Origin: an uncultured Actinomycetes bacterium
GTDB lineage: Bacteria; Actinomycetota; UBA4738; HRBIN12
Reading direction: 5' to 3'
DNA: 64,000 nucleotides
Assembly (NCBI GenBank): GCA_963797635.1
Contig: CAWCPZ010000003.1
Coordinates: 67,339-131,338 of the forward strand
How positions within the stretch are numbered: the stretch's first letter is position 1; every line of letters starts with the position of its first letter. The notes beneath the pieces were generated by a model. It ran no database searches. It saw nothing but the letters and a program-made list of their open reading frames with translations, and was not told the origin of the DNA. Shown piece after piece: positions 19,200 to 28,493 of the stretch. The position numbers and the translations under genes are program-made.

Positions 19200-20549
19200 A
19201 TGGACATCCCCCAGGAACGCAAACTCGTCACCGAGATCCCCGGTCCGAAGTCCCGTGAGTGGTTCGCGCGGCGCGAGCAGGCCGTCGCCAAGGGCGTCGG
19301 CGCGATCCATCCGATCGTCACCGCGCGTGCATCGGGCTCGATCGTCGAAGACGTCGACGGCAACCGCCTGATCGACTTCGCCACCGGCATCGCCGTGCTC
19401 AACGTCGGGCACACCGCGCCGGAGGTCGTCGCCGCGATCCAGCAGCAGGCCGAACTCGAAACGCACACCTGCTTCCACGTCTCCGCGAACGAGCCCTACA
19501 TCGAGTTGGCCGAGCGGCTGAACGCGCTGACGCCCGGCGACCACGCGAAGAAGACGATGTTCGCCAACTCGGGTGCCGAGGCGGTCGAGAACGCGGTGAA
19601 GATCGCTCGCAAGCACACCGGTCGGTCGGCGATCGTCACCTTCGACCACGCGTTCCACGGACGCACGCTGCTCGCGATGTCCCTCACCGCCAAGGTGATG
19701 CCCTACAAGCAGGGCATGGGGCCGTTCGCCCCCGAGATCTACCGATTGCCGTTCGCCTATCCGTACCGCTGGAAGTCCGAGGGTGCCGATCCGGAGACCG
19801 TGACCCGCGAAGCGCTGGCCTACGCGGTCGACACGATGCACAAGCACATCGGCGAAGAGAACATCGCCGCCGTGATCATGGAGCCGATCCAGGGCGAGGG
19901 CGGCTTCATCGTCCCCTCCCCCGGCTTCGTCGCGGGGATCGCCGAGTTCTGCGCCGCGCACGGGATCGTGTTCATCGCCGACGAGATCCAGTCGGCGATG
20001 GGACGGGCCGGCCGCTGGTACGCGATCGAGGACGAGGGGGTCGTGCCCGACCTGGTGACCACCGCGAAGTCGATGGGCGGCGGATTGCCGATCAGCGCCG
20101 TCACCGGTCGCGCCGAGATCATGGACGCCGTGCACGCCGGCGGCCTGGGTGGCACGTACGGCGGCAACCCCGTCGCGGCCGCCGCATCGCTCGCCGTGCT
20201 CGACAAGATCGAGCGCGAGGATCTGTTGGCTCGCTCGCGCGAGGTGGGCGCCACGATCATGGAGCGTTTCACCGCGATGGCCGAGCGCTACGACGCGATC
20301 GGCGACATCCGCGGCCGAGGAGCGATGCTCGCGATCGAACTCGTCACCGACCGCGGCACCAAGGAGCCGCTGGGCGCCGAGGCGATGAACGCGATCGCCG
20401 ACGGTTGCCTCGCCCAGGGCGTGATCGTGCTGACGGCCGGGACCTACGGCAACGTGGTCCGCCTCCTGCCGCCGATCAACATCGAGGCCGCGCTGCTCGA
20501 GGACGGCCTGCAGGTGCTGGACGACGCGGTGGGTGCCGTCGTGGCGTAA
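19200..20549 (+). CDS. gabT: 4-aminobutyrate aminotransferase (class-III PLP aminotransferase)
   Basis: Class-III aminotransferase fold with the PLP-lysine region (TTAKSMGGGLPISAV); 449 aa. Context includes ALDH genes and a PucR regulator. Confidence 0.9.
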   Translation: MDIPQERKLVTEIPGPKSREWFARREQAVAKGVGAIHPIVTARASGSIVEDVDGNRLIDFATGIAVLNVGHTAPEVVAAIQQQAELETHTCFHVSANEPYIELAERLNALTPGDHAKKTMFANSGAEAVENAVKIARKHTGRSAIVTFDHAFHGRTLLAMSLTAKVMPYKQGMGPFAPEIYRLPFAYPYRWKSEGADPETVTREALAYAVDTMHKHIGEENIAAVIMEPIQGEGGFIVPSPGFVAGIAEFCAAHGIVFIADEIQSAMGRAGRWYAIEDEGVVPDLVTTAKSMGGGLPISAVTGRAEIMDAVHAGGLGGTYGGNPVAAAASLAVLDKIEREDLLARSREVGATIMERFTAMAERYDAIGDIRGRGAMLAIELVTDRGTKEPLGAEAMNAIADGCLAQGVIVLTAGTYGNVVRLLPPINIEAALLEDGLQVLDDAVGAVVA

Positions 20550-20585
20550 CCGGCACATCGCGGAACGGTTGCTACCGTTCCGTCC

Positions 20586-21878
20586 ATGACGGACGACGAC
20601 GGACCCGGCCACGACGGTCGGGTCCGTTCGCGGTTCCGGCGTCTGCTGCTCGACATCACGCCGCTCCGCGTCTCCCGCGACTACCGGCTCCTGTGGACGG
20701 GGACGTTCATCTCCGCGCTCGGGTCCCAGTTCGCACGGGTGGGGTTGTACGTGCAGGTGTACGCGCTCACCGGCTCGCCGGCGGCCGTGGGTCTGCTGGG
20801 GCTCTCGGGGCTGGCCGGCAACATCGCCGGCACGTTCGTGGGTGGTTCGTTCATCGACGCGCACGACCGCCGGTCGGTGATCGTGTGGACCCAGGTCGGG
20901 CACGTGCTCGTGGCCGCGGTGCTGGTCGCGACCGCGCTGGTCCCGTCCCCGTCGCTCGCGGTGCTGCACGTGGCGAACGCCCTCACGTGGATGCTGGCGG
21001 CGATCAACATGCCCGCCCGTCAGGCGTCGGTGCCGCGGCTGGTCGGCGACGATCTGATGCCGTCGGCCGTCGCGTTGTCCCAGATGCAGTGGCAGGTCAC
21101 CGGGATCGTCGGTCCGGCGTTCGCCGGCCTGCTGATCGGCGCAACCGGGGCCGTGGGATGGGCCTACGCGGTGGACCTCGTCAGCTACGGCGGCATGCTG
21201 TTCGCCGCCCTGGCGATGCAGCCGCTGCCGCCCGAGCCCGACGACGCCGGACCCACGGTGGGACCTCGAGCGGTGGCCGAGGGGTTCCGCTACGTGGCGC
21301 ACCACCGGCTGCTGCAGTCGACGTTCGTGATCGACCTGATCGCGATGATCTTCGGCATGCCGGCGGCGCTGTTCCCGGTGCTCGCGGCCACGCAGTTCGA
21401 CCGGGGGCCCGAGGTGGTGGGGCTGCTGTTCGCGGCGCCGGCCGTGGGCGCGCTCGCCCAGGTGCTGCTGTCGGGGTCGGTCGTGCGGATCCGCCGTCAG
21501 GGCGAGGCCGTGATCTGGGCGGTGGCGGGCTGGGGCGCGGCGATCGCCGCGTTCGGTCTGGTGGGCGCGAACCTCGCGCTGGCGATGGTCTTCCTGGCGA
21601 TCGCCGGCGCTGCCGACGTGGTGAGCGCGATCTTCCGCTCCACGATCCTGCAGGTGACCGTCCCCGACCGGCTCCGCGGGCGGCTGAGCGGCATCTTCTC
21701 GTTGGTGGTGACCGGTGGCCCGAAGCTCGGCGACGTGGAGGCAGGACTGGTCGCCACCTGGTTCACCCCGGCGATCAGCGTGGTGACCGGCGGAGTGGCG
21801 TGCATCCTGGGCGCGGTCATCGCGGCGTTCGCCTATCCGGAACTGCGCCGGTACCGCACCGACACGTACGAGGGGTGA
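20586..21878 (+). CDS. MFS transporter (EntS/enterobactin-exporter-like)
   Basis: 12 predicted TM helices and an MFS signature; 430 aa. Confidence 0.8.
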   Translation: MTDDDGPGHDGRVRSRFRRLLLDITPLRVSRDYRLLWTGTFISALGSQFARVGLYVQVYALTGSPAAVGLLGLSGLAGNIAGTFVGGSFIDAHDRRSVIVWTQVGHVLVAAVLVATALVPSPSLAVLHVANALTWMLAAINMPARQASVPRLVGDDLMPSAVALSQMQWQVTGIVGPAFAGLLIGATGAVGWAYAVDLVSYGGMLFAALAMQPLPPEPDDAGPTVGPRAVAEGFRYVAHHRLLQSTFVIDLIAMIFGMPAALFPVLAATQFDRGPEVVGLLFAAPAVGALAQVLLSGSVVRIRRQGEAVIWAVAGWGAAIAAFGLVGANLALAMVFLAIAGAADVVSAIFRSTILQVTVPDRLRGRLSGIFSLVVTGGPKLGDVEAGLVATWFTPAISVVTGGVACILGAVIAAFAYPELRRYRTDTYEG

Positions 21879-21994
21879 GCCGCTCGCGCGCCGCGGCCGG
21901 CCTGGGTACGCTTCGGGCGTGACCACCCTGCGAGCCACCTCGGCCGAAGCACACGAGCCTGCACCGACCCCACCGGACCCGGCCGGGGCCTGAG

Positions 21995-23701
21995 GTGGCG
22001 ACCCCGCGCGTCTCGACCGTCGAGCTGCGCGTCCTCGACGGGCCGAACCTCTACTACCCCCGCCCCGCGATCAAACTCACGCTCGAGGTCCCGGGGTGGA
22101 TGCGCGCCTCCGAGACCACCGTGCGCGAGGTGGCCGAGCGGCTCTCGATGCCGCCGAGCCTGTCGCCGGGCGCGCCCGGGAGCGAGCAGCGACGCCGTGC
22201 GACCGCGCGCATCGGGGCCCAGCTGACGCGCCGGATCGCGGTGGCCTCCGGCGTGCGACGCCTGGCGGTCCGCGGCCGCCCCGGGCCGGCGCCCGACCGC
22301 ATCGTGATCGCCTTCCCCTGGCGCCGGCGCGCCGCGGCCGAGGCGCTGGCCGCCGAGACCGCAGGCGCGATGGGCGACGTGCTGCGTCGCTCCCCCGCCC
22401 GGCTGATCGCCGAGGCCGGCGCGAGGCTCGCCGCCGTGGATCCCGGTCCTGAGCCGACGGTGACGGATCCGACGATCCCGGTGATCCAGGTGACGGGCAC
22501 GAACGGCAAGACCACGACGGTTCGCCTCCTCGCCCACCTGGTGCGGACCGCGGGCCGGTCCGTGGCCTTCTCCTCCACCGACGGGGTCTACCGCGACGAC
22601 GGCGAGCTGGTCGAACGCGGTGACTACAGCGGGTTCGGTGGCGCGGCGATGGCGCTGGCCCAGGAGCCCGACATCGCGGTGCTCGAGACCGCGCGGGGCG
22701 GCATGCTCCTGCGCGGTGCGGGGGTCCTGCACAACGACGTCGCCGTCGTCACCAACGTCAGCGCCGACCACCTGGGTCTGCACGGCGTCGACACCGTCGA
22801 TCAACTCGCGGAGGTGAAAGGCATCGTCACCCGCATCACCCGGCCCGACGGGTGGGACGTGCTGAACGCCGACGACCCCCGCGTGCTGGCGATGCGACGC
22901 AACGCGACGGGCCGTCCGTGGCTGTTCTCGACCCACCCCGATCATCCGGCGCTGCGTGAGGCCCTGCGCGAGGGCGGCCGCGCGATGTCGATCCAGGACG
23001 GCCGCCTCACCTGGTTCTCCGACCATCGGGCCCACCCCATGGTGGCGATGCTCGACGTGCCCATGACCCTGGCGGGGGTCTCCCGGATCAACGCGCAGAA
23101 CGCCATGGCGGCCGCCGCGGCGGCGCTGGCGATCGGCCTGCCGCATCGGGCCGTGGTCAAGGGCCTGAAGACGTTCGTCCAGGACCCCGAACACAACCCC
23201 GGGCGAGCCAACCTGTTCTCGATCGACGGCACGGTCGTGATGATCGACTACGCCCACAACGAGGCCGGCATGAGCGGCCTGGTGGAGACCTTGGACGGGC
23301 TTCGGCCGCGAGGCGGCCACGTCTGGCTCGCGATCTGCACGGCGGGCGACCGGACGAACGAGATCCTGCGGTCGTTCGCGTTCCTGGCGGCGGTGGGTTC
23401 GGACCACCTGGCGGTCGCCGAGCTCCCGCAGTACCTGCGCGGGCGCTCACGCGAGGACATCATCGAGCGCCTGAAGGACGGCGCGGAGGCGGCGGGCGTG
23501 CACGAGGTCGCCGTCTACCCCGATGAACTCGCCGCGCTGCGCGCGATGGTGGGCGAGGCCCGCCCCGGCGATGTCGTGGGCGTCACCGCCCTGGGGATGC
23601 GCCCGGAGATCTTCGCCTGGCTCGAAGACGCCGGAGCCACGCGGATGAGGCCCGCCGACGTCCGGCGGGTGGTGCGCCGGGCGCAGGCTTCCCGTGCGTG
23701 A
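21995..23701 (+). CDS. Cyanophycin-synthetase-like protein with CphA N domain fused directly to the Mur-ligase-like M domain; ATP-grasp (G) domain absent
   Basis: Residues 1-~150 parallel the CphA N domain (LRVLDGPNLYYPRPAIKLTLEV vs cphA FRGPNYWSYEPCIRLLVDL in this window). From ~170 the M domain follows (IPVIQVTGTNGKTTTVRLLAHLV ... VVTNVSADHLGLHGVDTVDQLAEVK ... VMIDYAHN), co-linear with the M domain of the cphA at 33705..36558. No ATP-grasp segment between them or in flanking DNA. GTG start. Confidence 0.75.
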   Translation: MATPRVSTVELRVLDGPNLYYPRPAIKLTLEVPGWMRASETTVREVAERLSMPPSLSPGAPGSEQRRRATARIGAQLTRRIAVASGVRRLAVRGRPGPAPDRIVIAFPWRRRAAAEALAAETAGAMGDVLRRSPARLIAEAGARLAAVDPGPEPTVTDPTIPVIQVTGTNGKTTTVRLLAHLVRTAGRSVAFSSTDGVYRDDGELVERGDYSGFGGAAMALAQEPDIAVLETARGGMLLRGAGVLHNDVAVVTNVSADHLGLHGVDTVDQLAEVKGIVTRITRPDGWDVLNADDPRVLAMRRNATGRPWLFSTHPDHPALREALREGGRAMSIQDGRLTWFSDHRAHPMVAMLDVPMTLAGVSRINAQNAMAAAAAALAIGLPHRAVVKGLKTFVQDPEHNPGRANLFSIDGTVVMIDYAHNEAGMSGLVETLDGLRPRGGHVWLAICTAGDRTNEILRSFAFLAAVGSDHLAVAELPQYLRGRSREDIIERLKDGAEAAGVHEVAVYPDELAALRAMVGEARPGDVVGVTALGMRPEIFAWLEDAGATRMRPADVRRVVRRAQASRA

Positions 23702-24267
23702 GTGCAACGCGGAAGCCGCTCGGAGCATCCAGGTTCGAGTGTATGAGCGCGACGATCGGTGACTTCGTGACCGAAGGCGTGAGCGCGGACCGGCTCGGCG
23801 CCCTGTACGAGGCGCACGCGGCCGACGCCTTGCGCCTCGCCTACCTGCTCACCGGCGACCGCGCGGTCGCTCAGGACCTGGTCCAGGACGCCTTCGTGAA
23901 GATGGCGGGCAGGCTCGCCCACCTGCGCCGTGCCGAGGCGTTCGGCGCCTACCTCCGCGTCACCGTGGTGAACATGGCGCGCATGCGCGGGCGTCGGCTC
24001 AAGGTGGAGCGCGACTACCTCGCGCGTCACACGGCCGAACTGGTCGAGCCTCATCGAGACCGCGACGTCGCCGCCACCGAGAGCCTGCGGCTGGCGCTGG
24101 CCACCCTGCCGTTCAAGCAGCGCGCGGCGATCGTCCTGCGGTTCTTCGAGGACGTGCCGGACGAGGTCACCGCCCAGGTGCTCGGGTGCCGGCAGGCGAC
24201 CGTGCGCTCGCACATCCACCGAGGGCTGGAGACCCTGCGTGCCGAGCTCGGAGAGTGGGTGCCGTGA
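23698..24267 (+). CDS. ECF-type RNA polymerase sigma factor (sigma-70 regions 2 and 4)
   Basis: Region 2 (DLVQDAFVKM) and region 4 HTH (AAIVLRFFEDVPDEVTAQVLGCRQATVRSHIHRG). GTG at 23698 overlaps the upstream stop (GTGA). Alternative ATG at 23743. Confidence 0.8.
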   Translation: MSATRKPLGASRFECMSATIGDFVTEGVSADRLGALYEAHAADALRLAYLLTGDRAVAQDLVQDAFVKMAGRLAHLRRAEAFGAYLRVTVVNMARMRGRRLKVERDYLARHTAELVEPHRDRDVAATESLRLALATLPFKQRAAIVLRFFEDVPDEVTAQVLGCRQATVRSHIHRGLETLRAELGEWVP

Positions 24268-25338
24268 CCGACGAACTCCGCGACGAACTCGACCGGCTCG
24301 CGGCCGGAGCGCCGACCCCGGACGAACGGCGCGACCAGGTGGTGCGAGCCGCCCGACGCCGCAGCCGGGTGGGCTTGGTCGTGGCGGGCGTGATCGCGGT
24401 CACCGGTGTCCTCGTCGGGGTCCTGGCCGTCGGCGCGGTGCTCGACCGCCGGGATGCGCGGCCGATCGGACCGACGCCGACGGGGGTCGTGCGGGTCTCC
24501 GAGTCGGCGTCCACGCCCCCACCGATCGAAGCCCGAGGCGAGCTCGCCTACTTCCGGGACGGACCGTTCGGTGGCTCCGCCCAGTTGATGGTTCGCAACG
24601 CCGACGGATCGGATCCGCGGACGATCGGTGATCTGTCGATCTCGACCTCCAGGCTGTCGATCGCGCCCGATGGCGTCGCAGGCGGTCTTCGATCACGGGC
24701 TGGGCGAGGGCTCGGGGCAGCTCGAGGTGATCGACCTGTCGACGGGGGCGACCGCACACGATCTTCGACGTGGGCCAGCCGCAACGGCCCCGACTGGTCG
24801 CCCGATGGATCGACGATCGTCGTTCTCCACCGATTCCGGAGCGCTCTTCACGATCCCGTCCGGTGGAGCCGACTCGGGCACCCCGGTCCGAGACGAGGGC
24901 GACGGACGGTTCCTCGAGGGCTACGAGGCGAGCTGGTCTCCGGACGGTGATGCGCTCGTGGCCGTCGATGATGCCGGCGAGGTCTTCGTCGTGGAGGTCG
25001 ACGGCACCTCCCCCGCCACGACGTCTCACGTCGATCGGTCGATGCAGGCTGGACGGACTGGGGCCCCGACGGGATCGTGGTCTCGACCATGGTGCACGGC
25101 GCGTGGGCGCTCTACGAACTCGACCCGGAGAACGAGGCCCCTCCTCGACTCCTGCTCGATCGCCCCGGAGACGAAACCGCCCCGGAGGTCTCCCCCGACG
25201 GCAAGTTCCTCGCCTTCGTCGGCATCGACGGGGACCAGCAGGACCTGTTCGTCTTGGATCTCGGGTCCGGGCGCCGTCGATCAGCTGACCGACGATGCGG
25301 CCCAGGAGCTCTCGCCGGCGTGGATCCCCTCGTCCTGA
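24264..25338 (+). pseudogene. Anti-sigma factor with one TM helix and periplasmic TolB-like PD40 beta-propeller; at least 5 frameshifts
   Basis: GTG overlaps the sigma stop (GTGA). TM segment VGLVVAGVIAVTGVLVGVLAVGAV. Repeated WSPDG/PDGKFLAF PD40 motifs are found alternately in frames 0 and 1 (24186..24950, 24628..25338, 25077..25346). Confidence 0.6.
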
Positions 25339-25396
25339 CGCCGTAGGTGTACGGGCCCGTACCGAGGGTTCGGCCGGACCACCTAGACTGCGGGGG

Positions 25397-26878
25397 ATGT
25401 CACCCAACAGAACCCGCACCACCGTCAGCGCCATGGAGGCGCCGGTGGTGGTGGCGTCCAACCGAGGGCCCGTCAGCTTCGATCGGGACGATCGAGGCAG
25501 GTTGGCGGCCCGGCGCGGCTCCGGCGGGCTGGTCACGGCGCTGTCCGGGGTGTTCTACCGGGACGACACCACCTGGGTGTCCTCGGCCATGACCGAGGGC
25601 GATCGCGCGGTGGCGCTGAAGGGCCGCACGGTGGCTCCCGATTCGAACCAGCGCATGCGCTACGTCGTGATGCCGCAGGAGCGCTACGACGGCTACTACA
25701 ACGAGATCTCGAACCGGATCCTGTGGTTCGTCCACCACGCGCTGTGGGACATCCCCCGCTCGCCGATGTTCGACGACGCCACCGAGGCCGCCTGGTACGA
25801 CTACATCGAGACCAACCGCGCGTTCGCCAACGCCCTCGCCGACGAAGCCGAGCACGACCCCGTGTACCTGATCCAGGACTACCACCTGAGCCTGGTGCCC
25901 GGCATGCTGCGTGAACTCGTGCCCGAGGCCAAGATCGTGCACTTCTCGCACACGCCCTTCGCCGGTGCCACCTATCTCCGGGTCCTGCCGGTCGGCATGC
26001 GGACCGCGCTGCTCCGAGGGCTCGCCGGCGCCGACGTGCTGGGCTTCCAGTCCAAGCAGTGGGCCGAGAACTACCTGCTGTCGGCGCGGAGCCTGCCCGA
26101 GTTCCATGTGCTCCGCGGCGGCCGCATGCAGATCGAGGAACGCGACGCCGCGGTGCGCGCCTTCCCCGTGGCGGTGAGCGCCGAGCCGCTGCGCGAGACG
26201 GCGGCCCAGCCCGAGGCCGAGAGCGTGCGCGAGGAGCTCCGCGACCTGGTGGGTGAGCGTTCCCTGATCCTGCGTGTCGACCGGCTCGAACCGTCGAAGA
26301 ACATCCTTCGAGGGTTCCTGTCCTACGAGCTCTTCCTGCGAAGGAACCCGCAGTGGCGCGACAAGTGCGTCTTCCTCTGCCTGTTCAGCCCGTCACGCGA
26401 GGACGTGCCCGAGTACCAGGACTACGGCGAGGAGTGTCTCGCCGAGGCCAAGCGCATCAACGCCGAGTTCGGCACGAAGTCCTGGATGCCGATCGACATC
26501 CGGGTGCAGGAGGACTACGCCTTCGCCGTGGCCGCCTATGCCCTGTACGACGTGCTGTTCGTCAACCCGGCCTACGACGGCATGAACCTGGTCGCCATGG
26601 AAGGCCCCCTGGTGAACCGTCGCAACGGCGTGCTGGTGCTCTCCCGCAACGCCGGAGCGTTCGGTCGCCTGGGCCGGCAGGCGCTGGGCACGAACCCGTT
26701 CGACCTCGCCGAGACGTCCGAAGCGCTGCGGGAGGCCCTGGAGATGCCCGCCGACGAACGCACCCGGCGAGCTCGGGGACTGGCTCGCACCGTGCAGGCG
26801 CACACCCCGTCGAACTGGCTCGCGAGTCAGCTCGAGGCCGTGGACCAGGTGCGGCCGCCCACGCGCCGCCGTCGCTGA
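25397..26878 (+). CDS. otsA: Alpha,alpha-trehalose-phosphate synthase (GT20)
   Basis: VVVASNRGPVSF ..., LIQDYHLSLVP, RVDRLEPSKNI are GT20 signatures. Confidence 0.9.
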   Translation: MSPNRTRTTVSAMEAPVVVASNRGPVSFDRDDRGRLAARRGSGGLVTALSGVFYRDDTTWVSSAMTEGDRAVALKGRTVAPDSNQRMRYVVMPQERYDGYYNEISNRILWFVHHALWDIPRSPMFDDATEAAWYDYIETNRAFANALADEAEHDPVYLIQDYHLSLVPGMLRELVPEAKIVHFSHTPFAGATYLRVLPVGMRTALLRGLAGADVLGFQSKQWAENYLLSARSLPEFHVLRGGRMQIEERDAAVRAFPVAVSAEPLRETAAQPEAESVREELRDLVGERSLILRVDRLEPSKNILRGFLSYELFLRRNPQWRDKCVFLCLFSPSREDVPEYQDYGEECLAEAKRINAEFGTKSWMPIDIRVQEDYAFAVAAYALYDVLFVNPAYDGMNLVAMEGPLVNRRNGVLVLSRNAGAFGRLGRQALGTNPFDLAETSEALREALEMPADERTRRARGLARTVQAHTPSNWLASQLEAVDQVRPPTRRRR

Positions 26879-26887
26879 TCCGACCGG

Positions 26888-27601
26888 TCAGTCGCCGGTG
26901 GCGTGCGCGTTCGCGACGTCGCCGATGATCCCGGCGAGCTCTTTCGGGCGAGACCACATCGGCCAGTGGCTCGTCGGCAGGTCGACCCACGTGACGTCGC
27001 GAACCTCGGTGAGGCCGCCGAGCCACGCGAATCCTTCCTTGACGGCGTCCTGGTACTCCTGCGACGTGTACCCCGTGCAGATCATCGTGGTCGGCACATC
27101 GAGGCGCGCATCGTTGCTCAGCGAGACGCCTTCGCGCAGCACGCCCCCCGGCACGGGAACGGCCCGCCGGCGGAACGTCTCGATCTGCTCGGCGGAGAGG
27201 CCGTCGAAGTTCTCTTCGGCCTCCAGTTCCTGCTGTGGAGGCAGCGGCTTCTCGGTGTCGGCGAAGTCGGGGTCGGCAGCACCCGTGCCCGGCGCGGAAT
27301 CGACGTAGACCATGGCGGCGATCCGCTCCGGGATGCGGTCGCTCGCGGCGTAGCCGGAGAACCCAGAAGCGCTGTGCACGGCGAGCACGACGGGGGCTCC
27401 CGCCGCCTCGACCGCTGCGCAGATCGCGTCGACGTGGTCGGACAAGGTGATCGAGGACCGGTCGGCATCGGCCGACTCGAGACCGGGAAGCGTGATGGCG
27501 GTGACGTCATGGCCGTCGGCACGCAACGCGCCGGCGACCTCGTCCCACGCCCATGCGCCGAGCCAGAATCCGGGAACCAAGACGATCGGTGGGGTAGCCA
27601 T
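26888..27601 (-). CDS. Alpha/beta hydrolase (esterase)
   Basis: VLVPGFWLGAWAWDEV ... AVHSASGF (GxSxG) ... H near the C-terminus. Start taken at the ATG at 27601. Confidence 0.7.
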   Translation of the reverse strand: MATPPIVLVPGFWLGAWAWDEVAGALRADGHDVTAITLPGLESADADRSSITLSDHVDAICAAVEAAGAPVVLAVHSASGFSGYAASDRIPERIAAMVYVDSAPGTGAADPDFADTEKPLPPQQELEAEENFDGLSAEQIETFRRRAVPVPGGVLREGVSLSNDARLDVPTTMICTGYTSQEYQDAVKEGFAWLGGLTEVRDVTWVDLPTSHWPMWSRPKELAGIIGDVANAHATGD

Positions 27602-27666
27602 GGTCCAAACCCTAACGGCGCACGGCGACATCCGCGTCGGACGGCATCGGGTCCCGACGGGCCCTG

Positions 27667-28428
27667 CTAGATCCGGCGGAGCAGCGCCACCAGCCCGGCG
27701 GGGCCGTCGACGACGATGTCGGCCGATCCCGCGAGTTGGGGTGGCGTCTCCGGTCCGTGCACCGCCACCTTCAAGGTGGTGAGCCCGTCGGCGGCCAGCC
27801 GGTCGAGGGCCTCGAAGGCCCGCTGGTCGGCGACATCGTCGCCCGCGTACAGCACCGCGTCGAGTCGAGCCTCCGTGACGATCCGCTCGACCGCGCCTTC
27901 CTTGAGCGGGCGGCCACCGGGCACCAGTTCCCAGACCTTCTTGCCCGCGATCAACGCCATGCCGGCATCGAGGGCCACCGCCTCCAGCGCCGGAGCGAGC
28001 CGCCCCCGTGCGTCGTCGGGATCGTCGGCACCGCGGAAATGCACCGCGATCGAGGCGCCCTTGGACTCCACCCTGGTGCCCGGCACGGTGGCGGCGATCC
28101 CGGTCACCTGGTCGGCGACCCCTGCCGGCAGCGTGATGGCCTCCTCGCCCAGGCCGTACAGCCCGGCCAGGACGACGCCGGGCACGGCGACGAGTTCCTC
28201 CAGCTCGGCGGGGGTCCGCCCGGAGATCACCGCGACGATCGCGAGGCGCTCGACCAGCCGGGCGATCGCATCGCGGGCGCCGTCGCGGATCTTGGCGAGC
28301 TCGGGCCTGGCCACGATGGGGCTGAGGGTGCCGTCGAAATCGAGCAGCACCCCCGCCCGGCCGTCCCGCGTGGTGAACGCCCGCAGGGCGGCGTCGTCCT
28401 CAGTCGCGCGCATCGTCATCGCTCCCAT
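27667..28428 (-). CDS. otsB: Trehalose-6-phosphate phosphatase (HAD-IIB)
   Basis: LLDFDGTLSPIV (DxDGT motif), later GDDVADQRAF; 253 aa. Confidence 0.85.
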   Translation of the reverse strand: MGAMTMRATEDDAALRAFTTRDGRAGVLLDFDGTLSPIVARPELAKIRDGARDAIARLVERLAIVAVISGRTPAELEELVAVPGVVLAGLYGLGEEAITLPAGVADQVTGIAATVPGTRVESKGASIAVHFRGADDPDDARGRLAPALEAVALDAGMALIAGKKVWELVPGGRPLKEGAVERIVTEARLDAVLYAGDDVADQRAFEALDRLAADGLTTLKVAVHGPETPPQLAGSADIVVDGPAGLVALLRRI

Positions 28429-28493
28429 GCATGCCTAGCAACATACGCCGGAAATCCAGGTGACAGCTGACCTCGGGGCTACACTCGTTCCCC

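Noticed and set aside
19026-21938. Upstream 970 residues of the 1489-aa minus ORF 17469..21938
   Set aside because: Only the C-terminal 519 aa (PucR regulator, ATG at 19025) are real. The rest is antisense to gabT and the MFS gene and is low complexity.
21833-23407. 524-aa minus ORF opposite the CphA-like gene; also 28479..30395 (-) opposite GH15, 33456..36269 (+) opposite cphA, 45379..48120 (+) opposite corA/GNAT/mutT1, and 56286..57785 (-) opposite pstS and the kinase
   Set aside because: Shadow ORFs; no recognisable domains and extreme Arg/Gly/Pro bias.
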